Below, piece after piece: positions 8,830 through 19,543 of a stretch of DNA of 53,079 bases. Source of the stretch: a virus (Duplodnaviria; Caudoviricetes); IMG/VR virus record IMGVR_UViG_3300027801_001299, positions 1-53,079 of that record. One strand, 5' to 3'. The notes beneath the pieces are model-generated. The model ran no database searches and was not told where the DNA came from. It saw nothing but the letters and a program-made list of their open reading frames with translations. Positions within the stretch are counted from its first letter, which is position 1; every line of letters starts with the position of its first letter. A program made the translations under genes and the position numbers.

Positions 8830-11340
8830 ATGGATTTTTATACTAACGTATGTCGTACTCGTGATAAAATACTCGTAAAGGGTTATCAAGGTAAAAAACA
8901 GGTAAAACTATCTGTTGCATATCGTCCCAATCATTACGTCCTTTCTAAAAAAGGTGACACTGCATACAGGTCATTAGATGGAAGACCACTAGAGCAGGTC
9001 AATCTTGACACTATGGGTGGTGCAAGAAAATTCAGAGAACAATATCAAGGAACTCAAGGTTTTGAGATTCATGGATATGACAAATACATTTACACTTACA
9101 TCGCTGATAAATTTCAGGGTAATGTAAAATGGGATTACAAAACAACTAAAATTGCAACACTTGATATCGAGTGTGAGTCAGAAAACGGATTCCCCGAACC
9201 TACTCTTGCAGAAGAAAAAGTAAACGCAATCACAATCAAACCATTTCGATTTATGGCACATACTTTCGGTATTGGGCCTTGGGATGCACCTGCGAATGTG
9301 ACTTATCATGAATGTGTTGATGAAGCACAACTACTAACTGAGTTCATTAAGTATTGGAGAAAGGAATCTTTTGACATTGTTACAGGATGGAATGTTGATG
9401 CATTTGACATGACGTATCTTTGTAATCGTGTAGATAAACTATTCGGTGAAGGACATCATAAGAAGTTCTCACCTTGGAATATGTCTGATGTCAGAGATTA
9501 CACAAACAACTATGGTCAGAAGGTTATGGTGTTTAATCTATACGGGGTTAACATCGTTGACTATATGGCACTTTACAAAACTAGAACATTCGTCAATCAA
9601 GAATCCTATTCACTCAATCACATTTCACACGTTGAGTTGGGTAAAGCAAAGATTGATTATTCCGAATACGGTTCCCTGCATACACTTTACCAACAGAACT
9701 ATCCATTGTTTTTAGAATACAATGTTAAGGATGTAACACTTGTAGAAGACCTCGAAGATAAACTCGGTCTATTGGAATTGACCATGACCATGGCATACGA
9801 TGCCAAGTGTAATTACTTGGATACATTTGGTATGGTTAAGTATTGGGAAACAATCATATACAACTTCCTCAAAGAACAGAACATCCAAACACCACCTCAG
9901 AAATTAGATAGAAGTAAAACGCATTCTATTGTCGGTGCATATGTTAAAGACCCTATTGTGGGTAAACATGATTGGGTTATGTCATTTGACTTGAACTCAT
10001 TGTATCCTCATATCATTATGCAGTATAATATTTCCCCCGAAAAGATGATTAAGGGTGATATCAAAACTCTCAATATTGATAAGTTACTGAACAACGAACA
10101 TGACCTATCCGACCTAAAGACAACTAATAGAACTATCGCTGCCAATGGAGTCCAGTTCAAAAGAGACAAACAAGGATTCCTTCCCGAACTTATGGAAAAG
10201 TTTTACACTGAACGTAAAGAGTGGAAGGGTAAGATGATTGAGTATCAGATTGAGAAAGAATCATGCGATGATAAGAAACGACTGAATGAACTCGATGGAC
10301 TAATCAAACGTGCATATAACAATCAACAGGTTAGAAAGATTGCACTTAACTCTGCTTATGGTGCTCTTGCAAATCAATACTTTGCATTCTTTGACCCTAA
10401 CCTTGCAGAAGCAATTACTATGTCGGGTCAGTTGATTATTAAAACTGCAGAAAACACCATCAATGATTACATGAACAAGGTTCTTAATACTGATAATGAA
10501 GACTATGTGATTGCAATGGATACCGATTCGATTTATGTGTCTTTTGATAAAATGGTACAGAAGGTATTTCCTGAAGGTACACCCAAAAATAAGATTGTAG
10601 ATTTCCTTGATACCGTTGGTCAAGATAAGATTCTAGACGTGTTAACTGGGGGTTATGACGACCTTGCAGAATACACCAACGCCTTCCAACAGAAGATGGT
10701 TATGGGTCGGGAGATTATTGCAGACCGTGGAATATGGACTGCGAAAAAAAGGTACATACTCAATGTAATGGATAACGAAGGGGTAAGACTCAGAGAACCT
10801 AAACTTAAAATGATGGGGATTGAAACTGCAAAGTCATCAACTCCTGAATGGGTTCGTAAACAATTAACTGATGTCTTGAAGGTTGTCATGAACGGGACTG
10901 AAGAAGAAGTTTGGGACTTCGTAGAGAACGCACGAAGAGACTTCAGACGATTGCCAGTAGAAGAAATGTCATCACCAAGAGGTTGTAATAACCTTGCACA
11001 ATATTCGGATGCAACTACAATCTACGGTAAAGGAACACCTATTGCAGTTCGTGGTGCATTACTATACAACCATCTTCTCAAGAAAAAGAACGTACATAAA
11101 CGATATGAGAACGTAAAGAATAGTGACAAGATAAAGTTCACTTACCTCACACTTCCAAATCCAATCAATGAGAACGTGATATCATTTATCAATGTTCTCC
11201 CAAAAGAATTTGACTTAAACAGTTATGTGGATTATGATATGCAATTTGATAAGTCATTCATCGAACCACTTAAGAACATCATAACATTAATTGGTTGGAA
11301 CGTAGAACCAGTTGCATCATTGGATAGTTTTTTCGCATGA
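8830..11340 (+). CDS. gp43: Family B DNA polymerase
   Basis: LDIECE exonuclease motif, SFDLNSLYP, KIALNSAYG, MDTDS, C-terminal SLDSFF clamp peptide. Confidence 0.98.
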   Translation: MDFYTNVCRTRDKILVKGYQGKKQVKLSVAYRPNHYVLSKKGDTAYRSLDGRPLEQVNLDTMGGARKFREQYQGTQGFEIHGYDKYIYTYIADKFQGNVKWDYKTTKIATLDIECESENGFPEPTLAEEKVNAITIKPFRFMAHTFGIGPWDAPANVTYHECVDEAQLLTEFIKYWRKESFDIVTGWNVDAFDMTYLCNRVDKLFGEGHHKKFSPWNMSDVRDYTNNYGQKVMVFNLYGVNIVDYMALYKTRTFVNQESYSLNHISHVELGKAKIDYSEYGSLHTLYQQNYPLFLEYNVKDVTLVEDLEDKLGLLELTMTMAYDAKCNYLDTFGMVKYWETIIYNFLKEQNIQTPPQKLDRSKTHSIVGAYVKDPIVGKHDWVMSFDLNSLYPHIIMQYNISPEKMIKGDIKTLNIDKLLNNEHDLSDLKTTNRTIAANGVQFKRDKQGFLPELMEKFYTERKEWKGKMIEYQIEKESCDDKKRLNELDGLIKRAYNNQQVRKIALNSAYGALANQYFAFFDPNLAEAITMSGQLIIKTAENTINDYMNKVLNTDNEDYVIAMDTDSIYVSFDKMVQKVFPEGTPKNKIVDFLDTVGQDKILDVLTGGYDDLAEYTNAFQQKMVMGREIIADRGIWTAKKRYILNVMDNEGVRLREPKLKMMGIETAKSSTPEWVRKQLTDVLKVVMNGTEEEVWDFVENARRDFRRLPVEEMSSPRGCNNLAQYSDATTIYGKGTPIAVRGALLYNHLLKKKNVHKRYENVKNSDKIKFTYLTLPNPINENVISFINVLPKEFDLNSYVDYDMQFDKSFIEPLKNIITLIGWNVEPVASLDSFFA

Positions 11341-11842
11341 AGATAATGACTCTATGGGGTGAAGAAGAACTCAATATTCCATCAAAGATGTGTAGGGAGT
11401 GTAAAGAAGTACTGCCTTTCACATCATTTGGATATAGAAATAAGACAAAGAATAAACCCGAACTACTCAACACTTGCAAGAAGTGTAAATCGACACATGA
11501 TAAAGTAGTAAGGGATTGGAAGAAGTATAATCCACGACCAAACGCTGACTATAGATGTCCTGTATGTAAAGAAACATCTGCTGAGATAAAATCAAAAGGT
11601 GGTTTCCATGAACATCAACCCAAAGACGTATGGGCAGTAGATGTAGACCATGCAACAATGACGGTAAGAGGATGGATGTGCGACTATTGTAACAATATGA
11701 TAGGACGTAGTTTAGATAGAGATTGGGTTATGGAGAGGGGCGCAAGATGGGTAAATGATTATAAATCTATGTTAGCGGAAACAAATGTCTAAGAGTTCTA
11801 GATTTTGAACCAGTTGCATCATTGGATAATTTCTTTGGTTAA
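11305..11842 (+). mobile_element. Endonuclease cassette bounded by a duplicated gp43 3' end
   Basis: 22-nt exact direct repeat GAACCAGTTGCATCATTGGATA at 11305 and 11807. Confidence 0.75.
11337..11792 (+). CDS. Endonuclease VII-like HNH (putative free-standing homing endonuclease)
   Basis: CxxC pairs and VDVDH...VRGWMCDYCNNMIG. Confidence 0.8.
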   Translation: MKIMTLWGEEELNIPSKMCRECKEVLPFTSFGYRNKTKNKPELLNTCKKCKSTHDKVVRDWKKYNPRPNADYRCPVCKETSAEIKSKGGFHEHQPKDVWAVDVDHATMTVRGWMCDYCNNMIGRSLDRDWVMERGARWVNDYKSMLAETNV

Positions 11843-11860
11843 ATTACACTAAATAGATAT

Positions 11861-12430
11861 ATGGCATATAGTAAAGAAGTAGTACAACGGTTCGAAGCCG
11901 TATTAGAAAATCCTCAAAAACATTCCGTTGGAAGTTTAGATAGGAAAGACCCGAAGGTTGCAACAGGCCTTGCAGGCGCACCTGCTTGTGGTGATGTGAT
12001 GCAACTACAATTGTTACTGGATGACAATGAAAAGATTATCGATGTAAAATTCAAGACTTACGGATGTGGAAGTGCAATTGCATCTTCATCATTGTTCGTA
12101 GACTTAATGATGGGTAAGACTATCGCAGAAGCAAAATTAATCAAAGATAAAGACATTGCAGATGCACTTCAACTTCCACCAATCAAATTACACTGTAGTG
12201 TACTAGCAGAAGATGCTATCAAACAAGCAATGGTAGACTATGAGACAAAACAGACAGAAGGTTATTCTCATCCAATTTTAGACCAAATAGATGAGACAGC
12301 AACGTCTTATCATCCAACTGAACATGACGAGTCTGATGATTTGGAAGACTCTAAGAGAGTTGAAGAAACATCATCAATGGTCGGCCATAATTCATTGCCT
12401 GGTTTGGCAAGAGAAGACTTCATAGAGTGA
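11861..12430 (+). CDS. iscU: Fe-S cluster scaffold IscU with acidic C-terminal extension
   Basis: APACGDVM, FKTYGCGSAIAS, LPPIKLHC. Confidence 0.93.
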   Translation: MAYSKEVVQRFEAVLENPQKHSVGSLDRKDPKVATGLAGAPACGDVMQLQLLLDDNEKIIDVKFKTYGCGSAIASSSLFVDLMMGKTIAEAKLIKDKDIADALQLPPIKLHCSVLAEDAIKQAMVDYETKQTEGYSHPILDQIDETATSYHPTEHDESDDLEDSKRVEETSSMVGHNSLPGLAREDFIE

Positions 12431-12458
12431 TAGGAATCACCTAGGGATAAATAATATT

Positions 12459-12911
12459 ATGTATGAATATAAGGTAACAATTACCAAAGTGGTAGACGGC
12501 GACACGGTTGACGTAGATATAGACCTAGGTTTCGGAATGGTTTATAAGAAACAAAGAGTACGCTTACTAGGAATCGATACACCTGAATCTAGAACAAGAG
12601 ATTTGGTCGAGAAACTATTCGGTAAAGCATCAAAAGCACACCTCAAAACTATCTTAGAAGAAGGTAATATATCTCTTATCTCTCACGATAAAGGAAAATT
12701 CGGAAGAATCCTTGGTGAGTTATTCATAAATGACCCTGAAAACCCACAAGAAAATAGGATATCTGTAAACCAACAACTGATTGACGACCATCATGCAGTA
12801 GAATACACTGGTGCTAATAAAGACACTACTATACTACAACATATGGAAAACCGAGAATTTTTATTAAATATTGGAACCGTCACTCAGGAACAAATAGATA
12901 AAGTATCATGA
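12459..12911 (+). CDS. Thermonuclease (SNase-like)
   Basis: VVDGDTVD, RLLGIDTPE, GKFGRILG. Confidence 0.9.
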   Translation: MYEYKVTITKVVDGDTVDVDIDLGFGMVYKKQRVRLLGIDTPESRTRDLVEKLFGKASKAHLKTILEEGNISLISHDKGKFGRILGELFINDPENPQENRISVNQQLIDDHHAVEYTGANKDTTILQHMENREFLLNIGTVTQEQIDKVS

Positions 12912-13093
12912 TTATAACAGCCATGGATTGTTTTTACATATTCATGATTGCGTTCATAACAACCTTTCTAGTGGTAATTGAGATTCAGTTACACACAATG
13001 AAATCTACAATGGAACAATACATTGATATTCGTCTCAATCCAAAAAAGATGAAAGAATCTTCAGAAAACTCCGAAAAACCTCTTACAAAATAA
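12908..13093 (+). CDS. Small membrane protein
   Basis: Hydrophobic N-terminus; ATGA coupling. Confidence 0.6.
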   Translation: MIITAMDCFYIFMIAFITTFLVVIEIQLHTMKSTMEQYIDIRLNPKKMKESSENSEKPLTK

Positions 13094-13140
13094 CTCTAAG
13101 TATAGTATACTAGAGTATACATTATGAGAGGTGTTAAATT

Positions 13141-14202
13141 ATGACAAGTATTTTAAAAGACCTGATAAAGGCAAGTGGAAATGAGTACGCAAGTATTGTT
13201 TCCGAAGGAGTATCCGCTGGGGATGTCGATGAATTCATCGATACAGGTTCCCACATTTTCAATGCTCTTCTAAGTGGTTCACTATATGGTGGACTTCCTT
13301 CAAACAAAATCACTGCAATCGCAGGTGAATCTGCAACTGGTAAAACCTACTTTGCATTAGGGATGGTAAAACAATTCCTAGAAGACCACAAAGATGCAGC
13401 TGTGATTTACTTCGAATCTGAATCTGCATTATCAAAAGATATGATTGAATCGAGAGGAATAGACTCATCAAGAGTTGTTATTGTTCCTGTTGTTACAGTA
13501 CAAGAATTCAGAAATCAAGCAATCAGTATACTGGATAAGTATGCAGAAACCCCACAATCCAAACGTCCTAAGATGATGTTCTGTTTAGATTCACTTGGTA
13601 TGTTATCAACTACTAAAGAAATCGAAGACACTGCAGAAGGTAAGGAAACTAAAGATATGACTCGTGCTCAAATCACCAAAGGTGCATTTAGAGTATTGAC
13701 ATTGAAATTGGGTAGAGTCGGAGTTCCGATGATAGTAACGAACCACACATATGATGTGATTGGTTCTATGTTCCCTCAGAAAGAAATGGGTGGTGGTAGT
13801 GGACTGAAATATGCAGCTTCATCAATCATATTCTTATCTAAGAAGAAAGAAAAAGAAGGTACTGAAATCATTGGTAACATCATTCATTGTAAGAATGCAA
13901 AATCAAGATTAACAGTTGAAAACAGAATGGTTGACGTAAGATTATCCTATGAATCAGGGTTGGATAGGTATTACGGGTTACTCGATATGGCATTAGCATT
14001 TAATGTCTTTACAAAAGAGGGAACTCGTGTTAAACTACCTAATGGTAAGACAGAATTTGGTAAGACCATTAACAACAACCCGACAAAGTTCTTTACTCCT
14101 GAAGTAATGGAAGAACTAGAGACACACGCACAAGGATATTTTAAGTATGGAACAAACGATAAGAATAGAACAGACAATACTGAAGAACCTTCTTCAGAGT
14201 GA
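13141..14202 (+). CDS. uvsX: RecA-like recombinase UvsX
   Basis: [25 protein letters not shown]; lies upstream of gp41. Confidence 0.95.
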   Translation: MTSILKDLIKASGNEYASIVSEGVSAGDVDEFIDTGSHIFNALLSGSLYGGLPSNKITAIAGESATGKTYFALGMVKQFLEDHKDAAVIYFESESALSKDMIESRGIDSSRVVIVPVVTVQEFRNQAISILDKYAETPQSKRPKMMFCLDSLGMLSTTKEIEDTAEGKETKDMTRAQITKGAFRVLTLKLGRVGVPMIVTNHTYDVIGSMFPQKEMGGGSGLKYAASSIIFLSKKKEKEGTEIIGNIIHCKNAKSRLTVENRMVDVRLSYESGLDRYYGLLDMALAFNVFTKEGTRVKLPNGKTEFGKTINNNPTKFFTPEVMEELETHAQGYFKYGTNDKNRTDNTEEPSSE

Positions 14203-15541
14203 TTCATTTGCACGGAAAGTGCTCCCCTTTGTAAAGTCGGAATACTTTACCGAGACCGATGAAAAGACTGTATTTGAGGGAGTAGTTGACTACTTCGAAA
14301 AATACACTAAGACTCCTACAATGGAGGCACTTCTCATAAATTTAGAGAACAATACTAGTCTACAAGACAATGTATTAAAATCCTCTAAATCTATTGTTAA
14401 GGAGATTGGGAACTCATCAGAAGAAACCCCACAAGAATGGTTAATAGACGAGGCAGAAAAATGGTGCAAAGATAGAGCTATCTACATCGCTGTCATGGAC
14501 TCTATTGAAGTACTTGATGAGAAGTCTAAAAGGTCTCGTGGAGATATTCCTGAACTACTTAAGGATGCACTTTCCGTGTCTTTTGATACTAATATTGGTC
14601 ACGACCAATTAGAAGATGCAGACGACAGGTGGGAATTTTACCATACTGAAGAAGAGAAGATTCCATTTGACTTGGAATACTTCAACAAAGTTACTAAGGG
14701 TGGCTTACCCAATAAAACCTTGAATATCTGCCTTGCAGGAACAGGTGTGGGTAAGTCCCTATTCATGTGTCATATGGCATCAAGTCATTTGATGATGAAC
14801 AAGAATGTATTATACATTACATTAGAAATGTCGGAAGAGAAGATTGCAGAAAGAATTGATGCAAATACCTTAAATATTCCTATACAAGATTTGGGTGATA
14901 TCACCAAGAATATGTTTGGTAAAAAGGTAGATAAACTTAAGGACAAGACAAAAGGTAAACTTATTGTTAAAGAATATCCTACTGCATCTGCTCATGTTGG
15001 TCACTTTAGACATCTATTACAAGAATTGGATATCAAGAAGGACTTCAGACCCGATATGATATTCATTGATTACTTAAACATATGTGCATCACATAGAGTG
15101 AAGCCAGGTGCTGGTGCGAACTCTTATACTCTTATTAAGAGTATTGCAGAAGAGTTGAGAGGACTTGCAGTGGAGTATAATGTTCCAATCATGAGTGCAA
15201 CTCAGACTACAAGAAGTGGTTATGGTTCAACAGATGTAGAACTTACAGATACCTCAGAGTCATTTGGATTACCTGCAACTGCAGACTTTATGTTTGCACT
15301 AATCTCCTCAGAAGAATTAGAAGAGTTAGACCAAATGGTAGTCAAACAGTTAAAGAATAGATACAACGACCCGACAATATTTAAGAGATTTGTTATCGGT
15401 GTTGATAGAAGTCGTATGAAACTCTATGATTGTGAACAAGAAGCTCAAGAAGAATTGATAGAGAACACTGGAATAGACGATTCTATCCCAGTCGCAGATA
15501 GAGGTAGAATGGGAAATAAATACGGAGACTTCAAAGTTTGA
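14147..15541 (+). CDS. gp41: DnaB-like replicative helicase
   Basis: [38 protein letters not shown]. Confidence 0.96.
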   Translation: MEQTIRIEQTILKNLLQSDSFARKVLPFVKSEYFTETDEKTVFEGVVDYFEKYTKTPTMEALLINLENNTSLQDNVLKSSKSIVKEIGNSSEETPQEWLIDEAEKWCKDRAIYIAVMDSIEVLDEKSKRSRGDIPELLKDALSVSFDTNIGHDQLEDADDRWEFYHTEEEKIPFDLEYFNKVTKGGLPNKTLNICLAGTGVGKSLFMCHMASSHLMMNKNVLYITLEMSEEKIAERIDANTLNIPIQDLGDITKNMFGKKVDKLKDKTKGKLIVKEYPTASAHVGHFRHLLQELDIKKDFRPDMIFIDYLNICASHRVKPGAGANSYTLIKSIAEELRGLAVEYNVPIMSATQTTRSGYGSTDVELTDTSESFGLPATADFMFALISSEELEELDQMVVKQLKNRYNDPTIFKRFVIGVDRSRMKLYDCEQEAQEELIENTGIDDSIPVADRGRMGNKYGDFKV

Positions 15542-15554
15542 CCTAAATAGAAGT

Positions 15555-15731
15555 ATGAAGAAGAATTTAAAATCCCAAGAGGTTCTAGATTCGCTTTCGA
15601 GGAAAGTAGAATTAAAGATAGCACTAAGAGATGCAAAGAAATTGCACGATGACGAGAAGGTTGACATATTATCTAAAAAAATTGGTAAAATAGAGTCCAA
15701 ATTGTCCTCGACACCTTTGCAAAAAATATAA
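15555..15731 (+). CDS. Small basic protein (58 aa)
   Basis: Own translation MKKNLKSQEVLDS...; TAAATA-N5-ATG upstream. Confidence 0.6.
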   Translation: MKKNLKSQEVLDSLSRKVELKIALRDAKKLHDDEKVDILSKKIGKIESKLSSTPLQKI

Positions 15732-15771
15732 ATAAACTTATAATCTCAAACAACACCATAGGAAATTAAGA

Positions 15772-16161
15772 ATGGCATTAAAAGAAGGGGTGACCCACAC
15801 ACAGGCAGATTGCGATACATATCTTGCTGAAATAACAAACTATCAAAACACCCATGATTGGATGTCGGGTGTATCTAAGACATACTCCATGACAAGAAAT
15901 GATTGGAATGGCACCGAATTAGTTTTCGAAAGTAACTATGACTACACTGGTGCAGGTGCTCTAGACTTCTATCCTGCATGGAGAGTTGAAAACCCTTCCG
16001 TAACTGAAGTTGGTTCAGACCAAGACTCTCATACATGGGAACAGTGGGACTACTTCACTAACAGACGTTCAGATTGGGATGCCGAAGCTGCCACATTAGG
16101 TGAAGACCTAGGGGAGATGAGAAATCATCACGCAGAAATGCTTGCGTCAATACCCGAATAA
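15772..16161 (+). CDS. Acidic late hypothetical protein
   Basis: TATAAATA upstream and a terminator downstream. Confidence 0.7.
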   Translation: MALKEGVTHTQADCDTYLAEITNYQNTHDWMSGVSKTYSMTRNDWNGTELVFESNYDYTGAGALDFYPAWRVENPSVTEVGSDQDSHTWEQWDYFTNRRSDWDAEAATLGEDLGEMRNHHAEMLASIPE

Positions 16162-16212
16162 CTTACACTAAGTAGTATACAACGCACCAAAACAAAACAA
16201 CCCAGTTGTTTC

Positions 16213-16236
16213 AGGGGTCTACAAGACCCCTTTTTT
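16213..16236 (+). terminator. Rho-independent terminator
   Basis: AGGGGTC-TACAA-GACCCCT followed by a T run. Confidence 0.8.
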
Positions 16237-16324
16237 GTGTCCATACCTTTTTAATTAACTAAATAGTAGACAAACCTATAAAAAGGGTGTATACTTACAA
16301 TATTAATTGCAACAGACTAAACTT

Positions 16325-17530
16325 ATGGCTGGAAAGAACTTACATTTAGAACACCTCGAAGACGAAATCATTAACAATGGTATCGCAGGTGGTCGTGCAT
16401 CAATCAATTTCTTAAGAGAGTTAAGAGATATGATGAAAGGTAATGCATCGGGTCGTGTCAACATGACTGTTAAGTGGGACGGTGCTCCTGCAATTTGGTG
16501 TGGGCCTCATCCCGAAACAGACAAATTCTTTATCGCAAAGAAATCACTATTCAATAAAGGTGGTGGACTTTTCTATTCTAGTATAAAAGAAATCAACGAC
16601 ACTTCCGACCTAAACGGTACACTTAAAACAAAATTTACGGAAGCATTCAACGCCTTTTCAGGTGTCGGAATGAAAGAAATCCTGCAAGGAGACTTAATGT
16701 TTACTTCGGGGGACAAAAGTACCACTGCAATGGACGGACAAGATTACATTACATTCCAACCAAATACAATTGTGTACGCAGTTCAGAAGGAATCAAAGTT
16801 AGGAAAAGAAATAGATAAAGCAACACTAGGTGTAGTGTGGCATACAACTTATTCAGGGTCATCCATTGAAGGACTATCTGCATCATTCGGTGCAAAACTT
16901 CCACCTGCACCATCCAAAGTATGGCAAGATGATGCAACATATAAAGACCAAACTGGTTATGGAAACATGACTGCAAGAGAAACACTTAAACTTACACAAG
17001 CACTTACTAATACAGGTAAAGCATTTCATGGTATCTCAGCAAATAACCTCAAAAAGTTCAATGACGTACAGGGAGTTCTTAATTCAAAAGGAGCTGCAGG
17101 TGCATCATACAAAACGTATACTAATACCCTTATCCGTGCAGGTAAATGGAATCCAAATGGAGCAGACTACCTTAAACACGTTGAGACTTACTGGTCAGAT
17201 AAAATAGTCGCAAAAGTTAAGATGCAGAAGACTAAAGACATCAAGATACAGATTGGTAAAGATATAATGCGTGAACTAAAAAACATTAAGACGATGGTAG
17301 ATAATCTCGCAAAATTCCAAGGTTATCTAATTGAGTCGAAATCACTTATTGTCACCTCTCTAAATAGAATAAAGAGTATAGGAACCTTTGTAAAGACTGA
17401 TAATGGTTTCAAAGTAGTTAACCCCGAAGGTTATGTTGCAATCGATTCAGATGGAAGTGCAGTAAAACTTGTAGATAGAATGGAATTTAGTATGAACAAC
17501 TTCAACGCAGCTAAGGCATGGGATAAGTAA
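16325..17530 (+). CDS. DUF6267-like protein with RNA/DNA-ligase-fold nucleotidyltransferase motifs
   Basis: AGKNLHLEHLED start; TVKWDG (motif I), LQGDLMF (III), PEGYV (IV), AVKLVDR (V). Confidence 0.7.
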   Translation: MAGKNLHLEHLEDEIINNGIAGGRASINFLRELRDMMKGNASGRVNMTVKWDGAPAIWCGPHPETDKFFIAKKSLFNKGGGLFYSSIKEINDTSDLNGTLKTKFTEAFNAFSGVGMKEILQGDLMFTSGDKSTTAMDGQDYITFQPNTIVYAVQKESKLGKEIDKATLGVVWHTTYSGSSIEGLSASFGAKLPPAPSKVWQDDATYKDQTGYGNMTARETLKLTQALTNTGKAFHGISANNLKKFNDVQGVLNSKGAAGASYKTYTNTLIRAGKWNPNGADYLKHVETYWSDKIVAKVKMQKTKDIKIQIGKDIMRELKNIKTMVDNLAKFQGYLIESKSLIVTSLNRIKSIGTFVKTDNGFKVVNPEGYVAIDSDGSAVKLVDRMEFSMNNFNAAKAWDK

Positions 17531-18033
17531 TGGATATTTACGACTTAGAAATCACTGAATCAGAATACGAAGGAAGAAAGGTTACACTTAACTCTCCTTT
17601 TCGATTACCTTCAGGTAGTAGTAAAAAATTCGGTGTCTATGTCATAAACGATAAGAAAAACGTAGTCAAAGTTACATTCGGTAGTTCAGAAATGGAAATC
17701 AAACGTGATGACCCTAAAAGACTAAAAGCATTCCGTTCAAGAATGGGTTGTGATACAGACCCAGGCCCAAAATGGAAAGCAAACTACTGGTCATGTTGGC
17801 AGTGGAGAAAGAACGCAAAGGTAGAGGACGATTTTAGAATGTCAACCTTTGGAGAGTTCCTAGGAGAAACAATTAGAGTTCCAATCAAGATTGGTGATAC
17901 AGTACTCGGTGGTAAGTTCAAGAACAAAAAAATAATAGTAAAATCAATCGAGAAAAACGAAAAGGGAGACATTACCATTAATGGTAAACCCTTTATGAAA
18001 TTTAGGACAATAGACCAAAATGAAAACCTTTAA
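17530..18033 (+). CDS. Two-module putative internal head protein
   Basis: ITE-SEYEGRKV...KANYWSCWQW module, then an internal MSTFGEFLGE and a small beta module. Confidence 0.65.
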   Translation: MDIYDLEITESEYEGRKVTLNSPFRLPSGSSKKFGVYVINDKKNVVKVTFGSSEMEIKRDDPKRLKAFRSRMGCDTDPGPKWKANYWSCWQWRKNAKVEDDFRMSTFGEFLGETIRVPIKIGDTVLGGKFKNKKIIVKSIEKNEKGDITINGKPFMKFRTIDQNENL

Positions 18034-18229
18034 CGAATTTTTAATAGAAAACTTCCCACCTTTTGCATTATCGGATTATCCTATGCAAAGAACAGATATC
18101 AAATATGTTGATGGAGACTGGGCAGTAGGAGAAGAAGATAAAGCATTCGAATACGATACCAGTAAAGACGGATACAAAAATATGAAATCTTTTGAAAATG
18201 AAGTTAAAAAGGATAGGAAAAAGAGATAA
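18020..18229 (+). CDS. Small protein with capsid-targeting-like N-terminus
   Basis: MKTFNEFLIE. Confidence 0.65.
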   Translation: MKTFNEFLIENFPPFALSDYPMQRTDIKYVDGDWAVGEEDKAFEYDTSKDGYKNMKSFENEVKKDRKKR

Positions 18230-18233
18230 CGAG

Positions 18234-19535
18234 ATGAAGACATTCAAAAAATTTAACGAGGCAACACAAGATAAGGTCGTATTTACTTTTGGTAGATTCA
18301 ATCCACCTACTGTTGGCCACGGAAAATTAGTTGATGCATTGAAGAAAGCATCAAGTGGGGGATATGTTCCTCTAGTGTATATGTCTCACTCACAAGACCC
18401 GAAGAAAAATCCACTAGACCATGCAACAAAATACAAATGGATGAATAAGTTCTTTGGAAAAAAAGTTGGTATAGTGAACTCAAATTCAAGACAAGTGTTT
18501 CAAATTGTTACTGAGTTATATGAAAGAGGATACAGAGACCTGAGAATGGTTGTGGGTTCAGACAGAGTCAGAGAGTTCGATACTTTAATTAGAAAATACA
18601 ACGGTTCAAAGGGTAAACATGGTTATTATAACTTTACTAATATTGATATCATATCTGCAGGAGAAAGAGACCCCGACTCCGATGACCTAGTGTCAGGAAT
18701 GTCTGCATCTAAGATGAGAGAAGCTGCAGAGGAAGGGGACTTCGATTCATTTAAAAATGGTGTTGCATCTAATAATAAGAGAGACCAAGAATTACTTTAT
18801 AAAGCAGTTCGAAATGGTATGGGTATTAAAGAAGAGACCATGCCAAACTATATGTATGAGGACTTACTTTCAGAAGGTGTTTATGACCAAGGTATATTCA
18901 AAGCAGTGTTCTTAATGGGTGGGCCAGGAAGTGGTAAATCAACAGTGGTTGATGCACTTGCACTTAAAGTGTTAGGTCTTAAGATGATTAACAGTGACGT
19001 TCATTTTGAAAGACTTATGAAAGATGCAAATATGTCTATGAAAATGACCAAGACTGGTAGTGGGGAAGTCAACCCCGAAAGAGATGCACTCAGAAGTAAA
19101 GGAAAGAAGATTGCAGGGAAACAATTATCAATGCACGCTCCTGCTAGATTGGGATTAATCTTCGACACTACTAGTGCAAAAGCATCCAAGATTCAGAACT
19201 ACAAGAAAGAATTGGATAAACTAGGTTACGAATACAAAATGATATTTGTTAAGACTAGTCTATCACTTGCACAACGACTCAACTCAATGAGAGCAAGAGT
19301 AATACCCCCTGAAATTCTTATTAAAGAACATGAAATGGTCGCTAAAAATGCAGAAGGATTTAAAAGACTATTCAAAAAAGATTTCATAGAAATCCTAAAC
19401 GATGATACAGTTAAGTCACTAGAAGCAAAATCTAGTAGACTATACGGACAGATGCTAGGATGGACTTCAAAGTTCCCTACGAATAAAGTTGCACTCGACT
19501 GGAAACAGCGAGAGTTAACCTTAAAAAAGAGATAA
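18234..19535 (+). CDS. HIGH-family nucleotidyltransferase fused to a P-loop kinase
   Basis: MKTFKKFNE start; FGRFNPPTVGH, MVVGSDR, MSASKMR; then GGPGSGKS, INSD, IFDTT, R-x-x-x-R lid. Confidence 0.85.
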   Translation: MKTFKKFNEATQDKVVFTFGRFNPPTVGHGKLVDALKKASSGGYVPLVYMSHSQDPKKNPLDHATKYKWMNKFFGKKVGIVNSNSRQVFQIVTELYERGYRDLRMVVGSDRVREFDTLIRKYNGSKGKHGYYNFTNIDIISAGERDPDSDDLVSGMSASKMREAAEEGDFDSFKNGVASNNKRDQELLYKAVRNGMGIKEETMPNYMYEDLLSEGVYDQGIFKAVFLMGGPGSGKSTVVDALALKVLGLKMINSDVHFERLMKDANMSMKMTKTGSGEVNPERDALRSKGKKIAGKQLSMHAPARLGLIFDTTSAKASKIQNYKKELDKLGYEYKMIFVKTSLSLAQRLNSMRARVIPPEILIKEHEMVAKNAEGFKRLFKKDFIEILNDDTVKSLEAKSSRLYGQMLGWTSKFPTNKVALDWKQRELTLKKR

Positions 19536-19543
19536 ATAACAAT

